Origin: Negativicutes bacterium
Lineage (GTDB): Bacteria; Bacillota; Negativicutes; JAGPMH01
Direction of reading: 5' to 3'
DNA: 64,000 nt
NCBI GenBank assembly: GCA_018052945.1
Contig: JAGPMH010000001.1
Span: 8,220-72,219, forward strand
The notes beneath the pieces are model-generated. The model did not search any database. It worked only from the letters and a program-made list of their open reading frames with translations, and was not told the origin of the DNA. How positions within the stretch are numbered: the stretch's first letter is position 1; every line of letters begins with the position of its first letter. A program made the position numbers and the translations under genes. Positions 1 to 8,360 of this stretch are shown piece after piece.

Positions 1-1249
1 AGCTGAGTTTGCAATTGTCAAGGTTAGAAGTTCGCGAATTGACGCCTTAGTACAAGAAGGAACTGCAAGAGCTAAGTTTGGCGCTAATTTAGTGCATAAC
101 TTAGATTCATATTTGTCGGTATCACAATTAGGAATTACCTTAGCATCACTTGGGCTGGGGTGGATTGGAGAACCGGCAGTAGCAAAATTTATATATCCGG
201 TGTTAAGTAGCTTTGAGCTTAGTAATGAAATGGTGCATACGATTTCATTTGCCATTGCTTTTTCCTTTATCACAGCGCTACATATTGTTTTAGGAGAGTT
301 AGCACCAAAGTCTTTGGCAATCCAAAAAGCTGAAGCTGTTACTTTGTGGGTAGCCATTCCGATGATTGCCTGTTATAAGTTAATGTATCCCTTTGTATGG
401 GTGCTAAATCATATTGCGGCCGGAATTTTGAAATTATTTGGCATTAAATTAGCTAATGATGTAGAAGCGGCTCATTCCGAAGATGAAATTCGTAGTTTGA
501 TGGAGGAAAGCCATAAACAAGGTTATATCAATCAAACCGAATTGACTTTAGTAGATAATATTTTTGATTTTGCAGAAAGAAATGCTAGAGAGGTAATGAT
601 TCCGCGGACTGACATGGTCTGTCTTTATACTGAAGATTCTTTCGAAAAAAACTTAGAAGTAGCATTGACGGAGCAATTGACCAGATTTCCTATCTGTGCT
701 CCGGATAAAGATAATATTATCGGTTTTGTGCATATCAAGGATTTATTTGCAGCAGTAGCTTCCGGTGAAAAGCCAGAGGTTCAGAGCATTGCTCGTAAAA
801 TAATTGCTGTTCCTGAGTCGATGCCACTTAGTAACTTGCTGAAGTTGTTGCAAAAGCATCGTTCTCAAATAGCCTTGGTCGTGGATGAATATGGTGGTAC
901 TTCGGGGATGGTAACAGTTGAGGATATCTTGGAAGAAATTGTTGGTGAAATTCAAGATGAGTTTGATGAAGAAAGACCGGCAATTGAAGAACGAGATTTA
1001 AACTTATATTCAGTCGATGCAAAGTTGCTTTTAGAAGAAATTAATGATATCTTAGGATTAGAATTGGTTTCAGATAGTTTTGATACTATTGGTGGTTGGT
1101 TATATTCAAAAATTGAAATACCACCAAAGGTTGATGAGAAGATTCAATTCAATGGTGATGAATACATTGTTGAAGAGGTTGACAATGTCAGAATAACCAG
1201 AGTATTAATAAGTATTAATGATGAAAAAAATAGCGAAATAGCTGAGTGA
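1..1249 (+). CDS. CNNM(DUF21)-CBS-CorC_HlyC family protein (HlyC/CorC-type putative Mg2+/Co2+ efflux or hemolysin-like), 5' partial
   Basis: ORF 92..1249 stays open in frame up to the window edge (AEFAIVKVRSSRIDALVQEG...). It has the DUF21 TM region, a CBS pair and a C-terminal CorC/HlyC transporter-associated domain. Confidence 0.8.
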   Translation, partial: AEFAIVKVRSSRIDALVQEGTARAKFGANLVHNLDSYLSVSQLGITLASLGLGWIGEPAVAKFIYPVLSSFELSNEMVHTISFAIAFSFITALHIVLGELAPKSLAIQKAEAVTLWVAIPMIACYKLMYPFVWVLNHIAAGILKLFGIKLANDVEAAHSEDEIRSLMEESHKQGYINQTELTLVDNIFDFAERNAREVMIPRTDMVCLYTEDSFEKNLEVALTEQLTRFPICAPDKDNIIGFVHIKDLFAAVASGEKPEVQSIARKIIAVPESMPLSNLLKLLQKHRSQIALVVDEYGGTSGMVTVEDILEEIVGEIQDEFDEERPAIEERDLNLYSVDAKLLLEEINDILGLELVSDSFDTIGGWLYSKIEIPPKVDEKIQFNGDEYIVEEVDNVRITRVLISINDEKNSEIAE

Positions 1250-1254
1250 TCAAT

Positions 1255-1305
1255 AAAGAGAAGCTCACTTTAAATTAATTTAAGGTGGGTTTCTCTTTAT
1301 TTTTA
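1255..1305 (+). terminator. Putative intrinsic terminator after the corC-like gene
   Basis: Imperfect 14-bp stem AAAGAGAAGCTCAC / GTGGGTTTCTCTTT with G-U pairs and a 16-nt loop, followed by ATTTTT. Confidence 0.45.
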
Positions 1306-1597
1306 CTGTAAAAAAAAACCAATAAATCAACTATTGTTATGCTAATATACTTATGATAATATAAGTATAGTTTATTTAAATTCAAAGAAGTTTGTTGAAT
1401 TTTGTCTAATAAATAAATCATTCAAAACTTTGGGGTTCCGGAAGCTTAGAGTGGCTAAAATTATTAAATTATTTATCAAAGCCTAGGTTAAAAATTTAAG
1501 CTTGGCACTGGTTTGCATTAAATAATATGAAAATTCACAAAATTTACTCAAATCATATTTTAACGGTATTTTTTATGAGTGGAGGATTGTTTCGAGG

Positions 1598-3127
1598 ATG
1601 AAGGACAAAAAGGTTTCAAGGCGTAATTTTTTTAAATTAGTTGGTAGTGCCGGCCTTTTAGGGACAAGTGTGATAGCTACTGGTTGTAGTGGTGACCCTG
1701 CGGGTGGAAAAGGTTGGATGCCTAGTCAATATAACTCTGCCGGAAGTTGGCCGGTAAAAGTTAAAGGACGTATTGCTATTGACGATAACAATCTATCCAT
1801 TGAACGAGATGATGCTAAATGCATCTTATGTGGACAATGTATCGAAGTTTGTAAAAATGTTATGAGTGTGTATGGAACATATGAATTGCCAATAAAAAAT
1901 GACACTCCTTGTGTAAATTGTGGACAATGTAGCTTATGGTGTCCATCCGGTGCTATAACAGAAAAAAATAATATTAAAGAATTAATGGCTGCTTTAAATG
2001 ATAAAAGTAAACATGTCATTGTGCAAACCGCTCCGGCAACAAAAGTTGCCTTAGGTGAAGAATTTGGGTTAGCACCAGGTAGTATTGTTGAAGGGAAGCA
2101 AGTTGCCGCCTTAAAAGAAATCGGCTTTGATGCGGTTGTTGACACTTGTTTTTCTGCTGATTTAACAATAATGGAAGAAGCTGCAGAAGCTTTGCATAGA
2201 TTGACTTCAACTGACAAACCGGTACCGATGTTTACCTCTTGCTGCCCAGGGTGGGTTAAATTCTGTGAATACTATTATCCAGAATTGATTGGCAATTTAT
2301 CAAGTTGCAAATCACCACAACAAATGATGGGAGCAGTAGTAAAGACTTATTATGCAAAAGAAAAAGGGTTAAACCCTGAAAATATTTTCTCGGTAGCAAT
2401 AATGCCTTGTACGGCGAAAAAAGCTGAATGTAAGAGGCCTGAAATGAATTCAGCCGGCCATGAGCATGGTAATGCTGACATAATGGATGTGGATTGTGTT
2501 ATTACTACTAGAGAATTAGCACAGTTAATTAAAAGTAAAAAAATAAACCTGAATAATTTAGCTGATGTTAAATATGATTCAATTCTTGGTGAAAGTACTG
2601 GCGCTGGTGTTATTTTTGGTACCACCGGTGGAGTAATGGAAGCGGCAATCAGAACTTTATACTATAATGTTACTAAAGATAATCCACCGGAAGAATTGTT
2701 AAATTGGCAAAGTGTCCGTGGATTAAATGGTGTAAAAGAAGCTACTGTTAGTGTTCCAGGTGTTGGTGAGGTTAGCATCGCTGTTTGTCATGGTTTAAAA
2801 AATGCCAGAACCGTACTTAAAAAAGTGAAAAATAAGGAAGCTTCGTGGCAATTTATTGAGTTTATGGCTTGCCCTGGTGGGTGCATTGGTGGTGGTGGTC
2901 AACCGCGTACTTCCTTGCCACCAACAGATGAGATTAGAAAGGCTAGAATTGCTAATCTATATAGCCTTGATAACAAAGCTGTGAAAAGACTTAGTTATCA
3001 AAATAAAGAAATTCAAGATGCTTATAGCAAATATTTGACACAGCCTTTAAGTCATAAGGCTGAAGAGCTATTGCATACACGTTTTGAGAATAAAAGTAAT
3101 TTACTTAATGCCAAGAAAGATGTGTAA
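1598..3127 (+). CDS. [FeFe] hydrogenase catalytic subunit with an N-terminal twin-arginine (Tat) signal peptide; 2x[4Fe-4S] F-cluster domain plus H-cluster domain
   Basis: SRRNFFK Tat motif. Two CxxCxxCxxxC(P) ferredoxin motifs (CILCGQCIEVC, CVNCGQCSLWCP). H-cluster signatures L1 TSCCPGW, L2 MPCTAKKAE, L3 EFMACPGGCIGGGGQP. GGAGG lies 11 nt upstream of the ATG. Confidence 0.85.
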   Translation: MKDKKVSRRNFFKLVGSAGLLGTSVIATGCSGDPAGGKGWMPSQYNSAGSWPVKVKGRIAIDDNNLSIERDDAKCILCGQCIEVCKNVMSVYGTYELPIKNDTPCVNCGQCSLWCPSGAITEKNNIKELMAALNDKSKHVIVQTAPATKVALGEEFGLAPGSIVEGKQVAALKEIGFDAVVDTCFSADLTIMEEAAEALHRLTSTDKPVPMFTSCCPGWVKFCEYYYPELIGNLSSCKSPQQMMGAVVKTYYAKEKGLNPENIFSVAIMPCTAKKAECKRPEMNSAGHEHGNADIMDVDCVITTRELAQLIKSKKINLNNLADVKYDSILGESTGAGVIFGTTGGVMEAAIRTLYYNVTKDNPPEELLNWQSVRGLNGVKEATVSVPGVGEVSIAVCHGLKNARTVLKKVKNKEASWQFIEFMACPGGCIGGGGQPRTSLPPTDEIRKARIANLYSLDNKAVKRLSYQNKEIQDAYSKYLTQPLSHKAEELLHTRFENKSNLLNAKKDV

Positions 3128-3173
3128 TTAAGTTGTTGCTTAGGGTAATATTATTCTTTATAGAGGTGAAAAA

Positions 3174-3959
3174 ATGGGGCAGGGTAACGGTGTATTAGTT
3201 GATCTAACCAAGTGTATTGGTTGTGGGAGTTGTACAGTTGCTTGTAAACTGTGGAATAAATTAGAGTTTGATAAGAAAAAACCTACTACTGGTAATGATG
3301 TCAAATTAGTTGATAAAAACTGGACAGTAGTAACGAAAAATGAAGTTCAAGATAAGCAAAATTCTACAGCGTGGCGTTTTGTCAAAGAGCAATGTATGCA
3401 TTGTGTTGAACCAGCCTGTGCATCAGCTTGTTTCTCTAAGGCGTTACAACGCGATGAAAATGGCGCGGTAGTATATTATCCTGATTTATGTGTAGGTTGT
3501 CGTTATTGTATGATTGCGTGCCCATTTGATGTACCAAAGTATGAGTGGGAAAAAGCTTTTCCTTTAGTGACAAAGTGCCAAATGTGTTCAACGCGGATGA
3601 AAGATAGTCAAGCACCGGCTTGTGTCGATGTTTGTCCAACCGGCGTTATGAAATTTGGTACTCGTGATGAATTATTAAAACAAGCTGAAACCAAAATAGC
3701 TACTGATGCTAAATATGTAAAGCATATTTATGGTGCGAATGAGGTTGGAGGTACGAGCTGGTTATATTTATCGGATGTTCCGTTTGAAAAATTAGGTTTC
3801 AAAATGAATTTAGAAAGTGTTGCACCATCTACTTATACTCATAAATATCTTTCGAAAGTTCCAGCCTTAGCGATTGGCTGGGGTGCTTTTTTAACTGCTT
3901 TAGCAGTTTATACTAACCGTCGTAAAAAGTTAGGAAAAGACAAGCAGAAAAAAGATTAA
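3174..3959 (+). CDS. 4x[4Fe-4S] ferredoxin-type electron-transfer subunit (HybA/FdnH/PsrB-like) with a C-terminal transmembrane anchor
   Basis: Four Cys clusters: CIGCGSCTVAC, CMHCVEPACASAC, CVGCRYCMIACP, CQMCS...CVDVCP. Hydrophobic C-terminal helix VPALAIGWGAFLTALAVY followed by RRKK. No signal peptide. RBS AGAGGTG. Confidence 0.8.
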   Translation: MGQGNGVLVDLTKCIGCGSCTVACKLWNKLEFDKKKPTTGNDVKLVDKNWTVVTKNEVQDKQNSTAWRFVKEQCMHCVEPACASACFSKALQRDENGAVVYYPDLCVGCRYCMIACPFDVPKYEWEKAFPLVTKCQMCSTRMKDSQAPACVDVCPTGVMKFGTRDELLKQAETKIATDAKYVKHIYGANEVGGTSWLYLSDVPFEKLGFKMNLESVAPSTYTHKYLSKVPALAIGWGAFLTALAVYTNRRKKLGKDKQKKD

Positions 3960-3993
3960 TAATTACGGAAGAATGTTATGAGGAGGATTTGTT

Positions 3994-5181
3994 TTGAAAA
4001 GGATTAAAAAACAATATAAGCATGTTGATATATTAGGCTGGAAGTTTACCATAACACCAATGCGTTTTGTTTTAACGGCGATTGCGTTATTGAGTTTTGC
4101 GGTAATGTTGGTGCGGTTTATAACAGGTTATAGTCTGGTAACTAATTTGACGGATGAATCACCATGGGGGTTATGGATTGCTTTTGATGTTATGACCGGA
4201 GTAGCCTTAGCCGGTGGTGGTTATTCAACCGCTTTGTTGGTACATAGCTTTGAATATAAAAAATACAAGGCGGTAGCTAGAGGTGCACTATTAACATCAC
4301 TGTTTGGTTATATCCTCGTTATGGTTGGTTTATTCCTTGATATTGGTCAATGGTTTAATTTTTGGCGGCCGTTTGTTTCTTGGGGCTATAGCTCAGTTTT
4401 ATTTGAAGTTTTTTGGTGTATTTCAATTTATACTACCATCTTAAGTTTAGAATTTGCCGAAGTTGTTACAGAACGAATTGGCAAAAATGTCCATAGATTT
4501 ATTTTAAAAGCATTACCGGTATTAATTATTATAGGTTTAATTTTCCCAATGATGCATCAATCATCATTAGGTGGCTTATTTTTGATTGCAAAGAGTAAAA
4601 TGTATCCGTTATGGTGGAGTGAATTTTTACCGCTTTACTTCTTAATGTCATCATTCTTTGTTGGTTCAGCAATGGTTTGTATCGAGACGGAACTTGCTAG
4701 AAGAGCTTATCGTCATGAGATTCCTACCAATGTTTTAAAAAACCTGACAAGAGTAGGGGCTCGTATTATGGCGGCGTACCTAGCATTAAAACTTTTTGAT
4801 ATTATTGCGCAAGGTCAAGTTGGACTATTATTTGCTGGTAATATGCAAAGTAATATGTTTTTATTAGAATTATTTTTAGGAATTATCATTCCGCTAGGAA
4901 TTATCTTTAGTCCGTATGCCAAAACTCGTAATGGTTTATTGACATACTCCTTACTGGTGGCAGGGGGCGTTGTTTTAAATCGAATGAATATGGTCTTTAC
5001 TTCGATGTATACTAGTGGGAGCTATTTCCCTTCGATCTGGGAATTTATCGTAAGTGCCGGATTGATTTCAGTAGGCTGTTTATTATATTGTTTCATCGTT
5101 GAAAACTTCGTAGTAATTGGCGAATCATATGCGGTGCCGGCCAAAGTTCAAGATGCAACCGGTGAACATTCAGTACATTAA
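3994..5181 (+). CDS. NrfD/PsrC/HybB-family polytopic membrane (quinone-interacting) subunit
   Basis: 395 aa with about 8-10 predicted TM helices. TTG start 7 nt after AGGAGG. Lies 34 nt after the FeS gene (operon). Confidence 0.7.
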   Translation: MKRIKKQYKHVDILGWKFTITPMRFVLTAIALLSFAVMLVRFITGYSLVTNLTDESPWGLWIAFDVMTGVALAGGGYSTALLVHSFEYKKYKAVARGALLTSLFGYILVMVGLFLDIGQWFNFWRPFVSWGYSSVLFEVFWCISIYTTILSLEFAEVVTERIGKNVHRFILKALPVLIIIGLIFPMMHQSSLGGLFLIAKSKMYPLWWSEFLPLYFLMSSFFVGSAMVCIETELARRAYRHEIPTNVLKNLTRVGARIMAAYLALKLFDIIAQGQVGLLFAGNMQSNMFLLELFLGIIIPLGIIFSPYAKTRNGLLTYSLLVAGGVVLNRMNMVFTSMYTSGSYFPSIWEFIVSAGLISVGCLLYCFIVENFVVIGESYAVPAKVQDATGEHSVH

Positions 5182-5209
5182 AAAGCGTGAGCTAAGGCTC
5201 ACGCTTTTT
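5180..5209. terminator. Bidirectional intrinsic terminator between the convergent hydrogenase operon and the EAL-GGDEF gene
   Basis: Perfect 8-bp GC-rich stem GCGTGAGC-taag-GCTCACGC, flanked by AAAAA and TTTTT. Confidence 0.75.
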
Positions 5210-7016
5210 ATATATGGTCTTTAATAATAAAATTACTTTTTTTGATATTTTTACAAAGTTTTTTTATTTCAGCGGTTTTTGAAGCAAGACTTTTATTGTT
5301 AATGTTACGTTTGTTAAAAACCCTTAATGCTGCTAATGATATAGTCATAAGTGGAAATTTCTCTGAAACGTTGTTGCGATTATTAGCAACAACGTATTTT
5401 TGTTCCTGATGTTCAATCGAATAAAAAAACTTAGCTTGTTCATCAAAAGTTTCAATGATGGTGTTGCATAAATCTTCAATTTTTATTGAGGGCAGAAAAA
5501 CTATAAAGTCATCACCACCGATATGTCCAAGAAAATAATCACTACAATGAGTTTTTAGGCTGGTATTGATAAGTTCAGCAGTTGTCGATAAGGCAGTGTC
5601 ACCGGCTTCGAACCCATAGACGTCATTATAAGCTTTAAAATTATCAATATCGATGTAAATAGCGCTAAAAGGTATTAGCTGGTTAATATGACGGCTAGTT
5701 TCCCAATCGATAATTAAATTTCCCGGCAATCCGGTTAGTGGATTGGCATGACGAGCACGATTTAATTCAATTTGGGTGGTTTCTTCTAATAACCTTTTGA
5801 TGGATACAACTCCATAATAATTATTATCTTTGGTGATAATAATATTATTATATATTTCGTCGGTTGTACGGTTAAGGGCGGTTTTTGTTGCTATTTCAAT
5901 GGGGGTATTGTAGTCGATATTTAATGCTTTAGTATTAATAAGAATTTCAATAGGACGCTTACTATAAATTGATAGACCAAAAGGGGTTGCCAGATTATTT
6001 AGAAAAAGATCTTTGTTAATCATACCGAGGGGAATATTATCCTCTAAAATTACAGCACTGCTACTACCACTATTTTCTTTGAAATAATGTAAGATTTCTT
6101 GACCTAATGTTTCCTTGGTAAATGTCTGTTCTTTAGTGGCAATAGTGCCAATTGGTGCATAGAGCTTAGTGTTCATACTATATTGTGTTTTACTAAAAAA
6201 TTCTTGTTGAATTGTATCAATAATGTTTAAAGACGGTGTTGTTAAGGTCGGCTGCGGTTTCCCTAAAAAGAAGCCCTGACCGAAATTTACCCCTAGCTTA
6301 ATAAGAATTTTTAATTCAGCACAACTTTCAATACCTTCACCAATTGTTTTTATTCCGGTAGCAGTACTAAAATCAACAAGTGCCTTAATAATAGCTTGTT
6401 TATGTTTGTCCTTATCGCAGTTTCTGATTAATTCTAAATCAATTTTGATAAATTGCGGTGAAGTTTGTGCTAGTAATGTTAAGCCGGAATAACCTGACCC
6501 GACATCATCTAGTGCTAAGCGATAGCCTTGTGAACGGTAATTTTCCAAGATATCTTTAAAATTAGCTAAATCAGTAATAGCTGTTTTCTCAGTAATTTCA
6601 AAGACAATTTGACTAATATTAATAGTGTGCTCAGCTAAGATAACTTTAGTTGAACCATGGTGAAAAAATTTATCATATAAAACCTTAGGGTCAACATTAA
6701 TAAATAAAATTTTATCATTAATTGAGGGAAACGCTGTTTCAATAGCAGTAATTCGGCATAAATAATCTAATTCCCAAGTCTTTTCGAGATCGTTAGCTAC
6801 AGAAAATAGTTGATCGGGGCTGGCTAAAATGCTGTTAAGCGGACCACGACTTAAGGCTTCATAGCCTAAGACCGAGCCATCTTGTAAGTTTACAATAGGC
6901 TGAAAAAATGTGGTAATAGATTTTTCTTTTAATATTTTATTTAACTCCAAAGCCTGAGCTGTTTTTTCTGTTAGTACAGGTGCTGTCGCTATGGATAAAA
7001 AATTATGATTATGCAT
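5208..7016 (-). CDS. c-di-GMP signalling protein with N-terminal EAL domain, central CBS pair and C-terminal degenerate GGDEF domain
   Basis: EAL motifs QPIVNL, EALSR, DDVGSGYSGL, KID, EGIE, GQGFFLGKP. CBS-like stretches VILEDNIPLGMINKDLF and IIITKDNNYYGVVSIKRLLE. GGDEF domain ends ...HIGGDDFIVFLP, i.e. GGDDF instead of GG[DE]EF. Confidence 0.8.
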   Translation of the reverse strand: MHNHNFLSIATAPVLTEKTAQALELNKILKEKSITTFFQPIVNLQDGSVLGYEALSRGPLNSILASPDQLFSVANDLEKTWELDYLCRITAIETAFPSINDKILFINVDPKVLYDKFFHHGSTKVILAEHTINISQIVFEITEKTAITDLANFKDILENYRSQGYRLALDDVGSGYSGLTLLAQTSPQFIKIDLELIRNCDKDKHKQAIIKALVDFSTATGIKTIGEGIESCAELKILIKLGVNFGQGFFLGKPQPTLTTPSLNIIDTIQQEFFSKTQYSMNTKLYAPIGTIATKEQTFTKETLGQEILHYFKENSGSSSAVILEDNIPLGMINKDLFLNNLATPFGLSIYSKRPIEILINTKALNIDYNTPIEIATKTALNRTTDEIYNNIIITKDNNYYGVVSIKRLLEETTQIELNRARHANPLTGLPGNLIIDWETSRHINQLIPFSAIYIDIDNFKAYNDVYGFEAGDTALSTTAELINTSLKTHCSDYFLGHIGGDDFIVFLPSIKIEDLCNTIIETFDEQAKFFYSIEHQEQKYVVANNRNNVSEKFPLMTISLAALRVFNKRNINNKSLASKTAEIKKLCKNIKKSNFIIKDHI

Positions 7017-7280
7017 ATTAACCTCCTAAGATTGAGTCCTTATTTATAATGTAACAAGAAGAAAGAAGGTTTTTGTAAAAAATATGTTAAGATTTTGTAA
7101 AGATTGTTAATTACTAAGTTAAAACATAATATAATAAACTTTTTATTAATGGATAATTATTATTCAAAGAAACATACTATACATAAAAGTTTTAAAGAGT
7201 TATAATAAATTGTAATGTAATAGATTGATAAGGTAAATTAATGCCTTGTCTCAAGATACATTTTTGCTGGGAGGGATATT

Positions 7281-7844
7281 ATGACGATATTAGAGGAAGT
7301 ACTAGAATCTAATGACCATTTTGTAAAACATTTGCCTGAAGTATATTGTGCGATAAAACAACACGAAGCAAAATTGCCGAATAGACATTTGGCAATAGTT
7401 ACTTGTATGGATACAAGATTGGTGGATTTTTTAGAGCCGGCGTTAGGCATAAGACGTGGTGAAGCGAAAATTATTAAAAATGCTGGAAATACGGTGACCG
7501 GTCCGTTTGAGGCGACTATCCGTAGTTTGATGGTCGGTGTGTTTGAACTTGGGGTAAAAGAAATTATGGTTATTGGACATCATGATTGTGGAATAGCCAA
7601 TACAACGTCACAAAACTTAATTGAAAAAATGTTAAATCGGGGTATTTCAAAAGATGCGATAAGGATGATACAAGAAGAGCTAGTGCGTTGGTTAGATAAT
7701 TTTAAATACCCGGTAGAAAATGTGAAACAAGTTGTTGAAAAAATTCGTACTAATCCGTTGATTCCCAATGATGTTCCGGTTCATGGGTTAATGTTTGACC
7801 CGCACTCAGGAAAAATTGATATTATAATTGATGGCTATAAATAA
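7281..7844 (+). CDS. beta-class carbonic anhydrase
   Basis: CMDTR (CxDxR) and HHDCG (HxxCG) zinc-ligand motifs. 187 aa. GGGAGGG RBS. Confidence 0.8.
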   Translation: MTILEEVLESNDHFVKHLPEVYCAIKQHEAKLPNRHLAIVTCMDTRLVDFLEPALGIRRGEAKIIKNAGNTVTGPFEATIRSLMVGVFELGVKEIMVIGHHDCGIANTTSQNLIEKMLNRGISKDAIRMIQEELVRWLDNFKYPVENVKQVVEKIRTNPLIPNDVPVHGLMFDPHSGKIDIIIDGYK

Positions 7845-7864
7845 TAGAGACCTTATTAACTTGA

Positions 7865-7914
7865 CCCTAAAAGTTAGACAGTATTATAACTGAAATAACT
7901 TTTAGGGCGTTTTT
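7865..7914 (+). terminator. Intrinsic terminator after the carbonic anhydrase gene
   Basis: 12-bp stem CCCTAAAAGTTA...TAACTTTTAGGG followed by CGTTTTTT. Confidence 0.7.
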
Positions 7915-8267
7915 TATGGTAATTTTGTTATAAAAATTTAAAATATATTGCTGATTCTAAGTAATAGGTAGGTAGTAGACAACAGCTATACTGTATTTTA
8001 ATTTACATAGCAGATAATAATTTTTGTGTGTTTATTAAAATTTCGAAAAATACAATTCTAATCCTTTAATAAGATTAAGGTTTTCGAGGTAAACACAATT
8101 GATTTTTAAAAAAAGACATTATCTATAGTTGAGGCGTACTGGATAATGCAGTAATAAAAAAACTTATATGGGATATTGAAGATTGAGCTTCTTTTATTTA
8201 TAAGGATTTTAATAAACTGAGGATTAATATCTTGATTAGTATAAAAATTGCCTTATCAAGCTAAAGG

Positions 8268-8307
8268 AAAAAGGCTTGTTACCTGCGATACAAGCAACAA
8301 GCCTTTT
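8268..8307 (-). terminator. Putative terminator downstream of the speH-like gene (minus strand)
   Basis: GGCTTGTT-N15-AACAAGCC hairpin. The minus-strand transcript has TTTTT after the stem. Confidence 0.5.
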
Positions 8308-8360
8308 CAGCTAATTAATGAAATTTTCATCTGAATTTTAGGAATAATTTTATAGACGGG

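Noticed and set aside
1726-2625. Minus-strand ORFs (163, 64 and 91 aa) inside the hydrogenase gene
   Set aside because: Antisense to a gene with intact catalytic motifs. No RBS and no homology-like features.
6480-6560. GGDDF in the GGDEF domain considered as a possible sequencing error
   Set aside because: Cannot be resolved from the sequence alone. Kept as a real degenerate motif because it is in frame and the surrounding sequence is unambiguous. Flagged as refutable in the finding.
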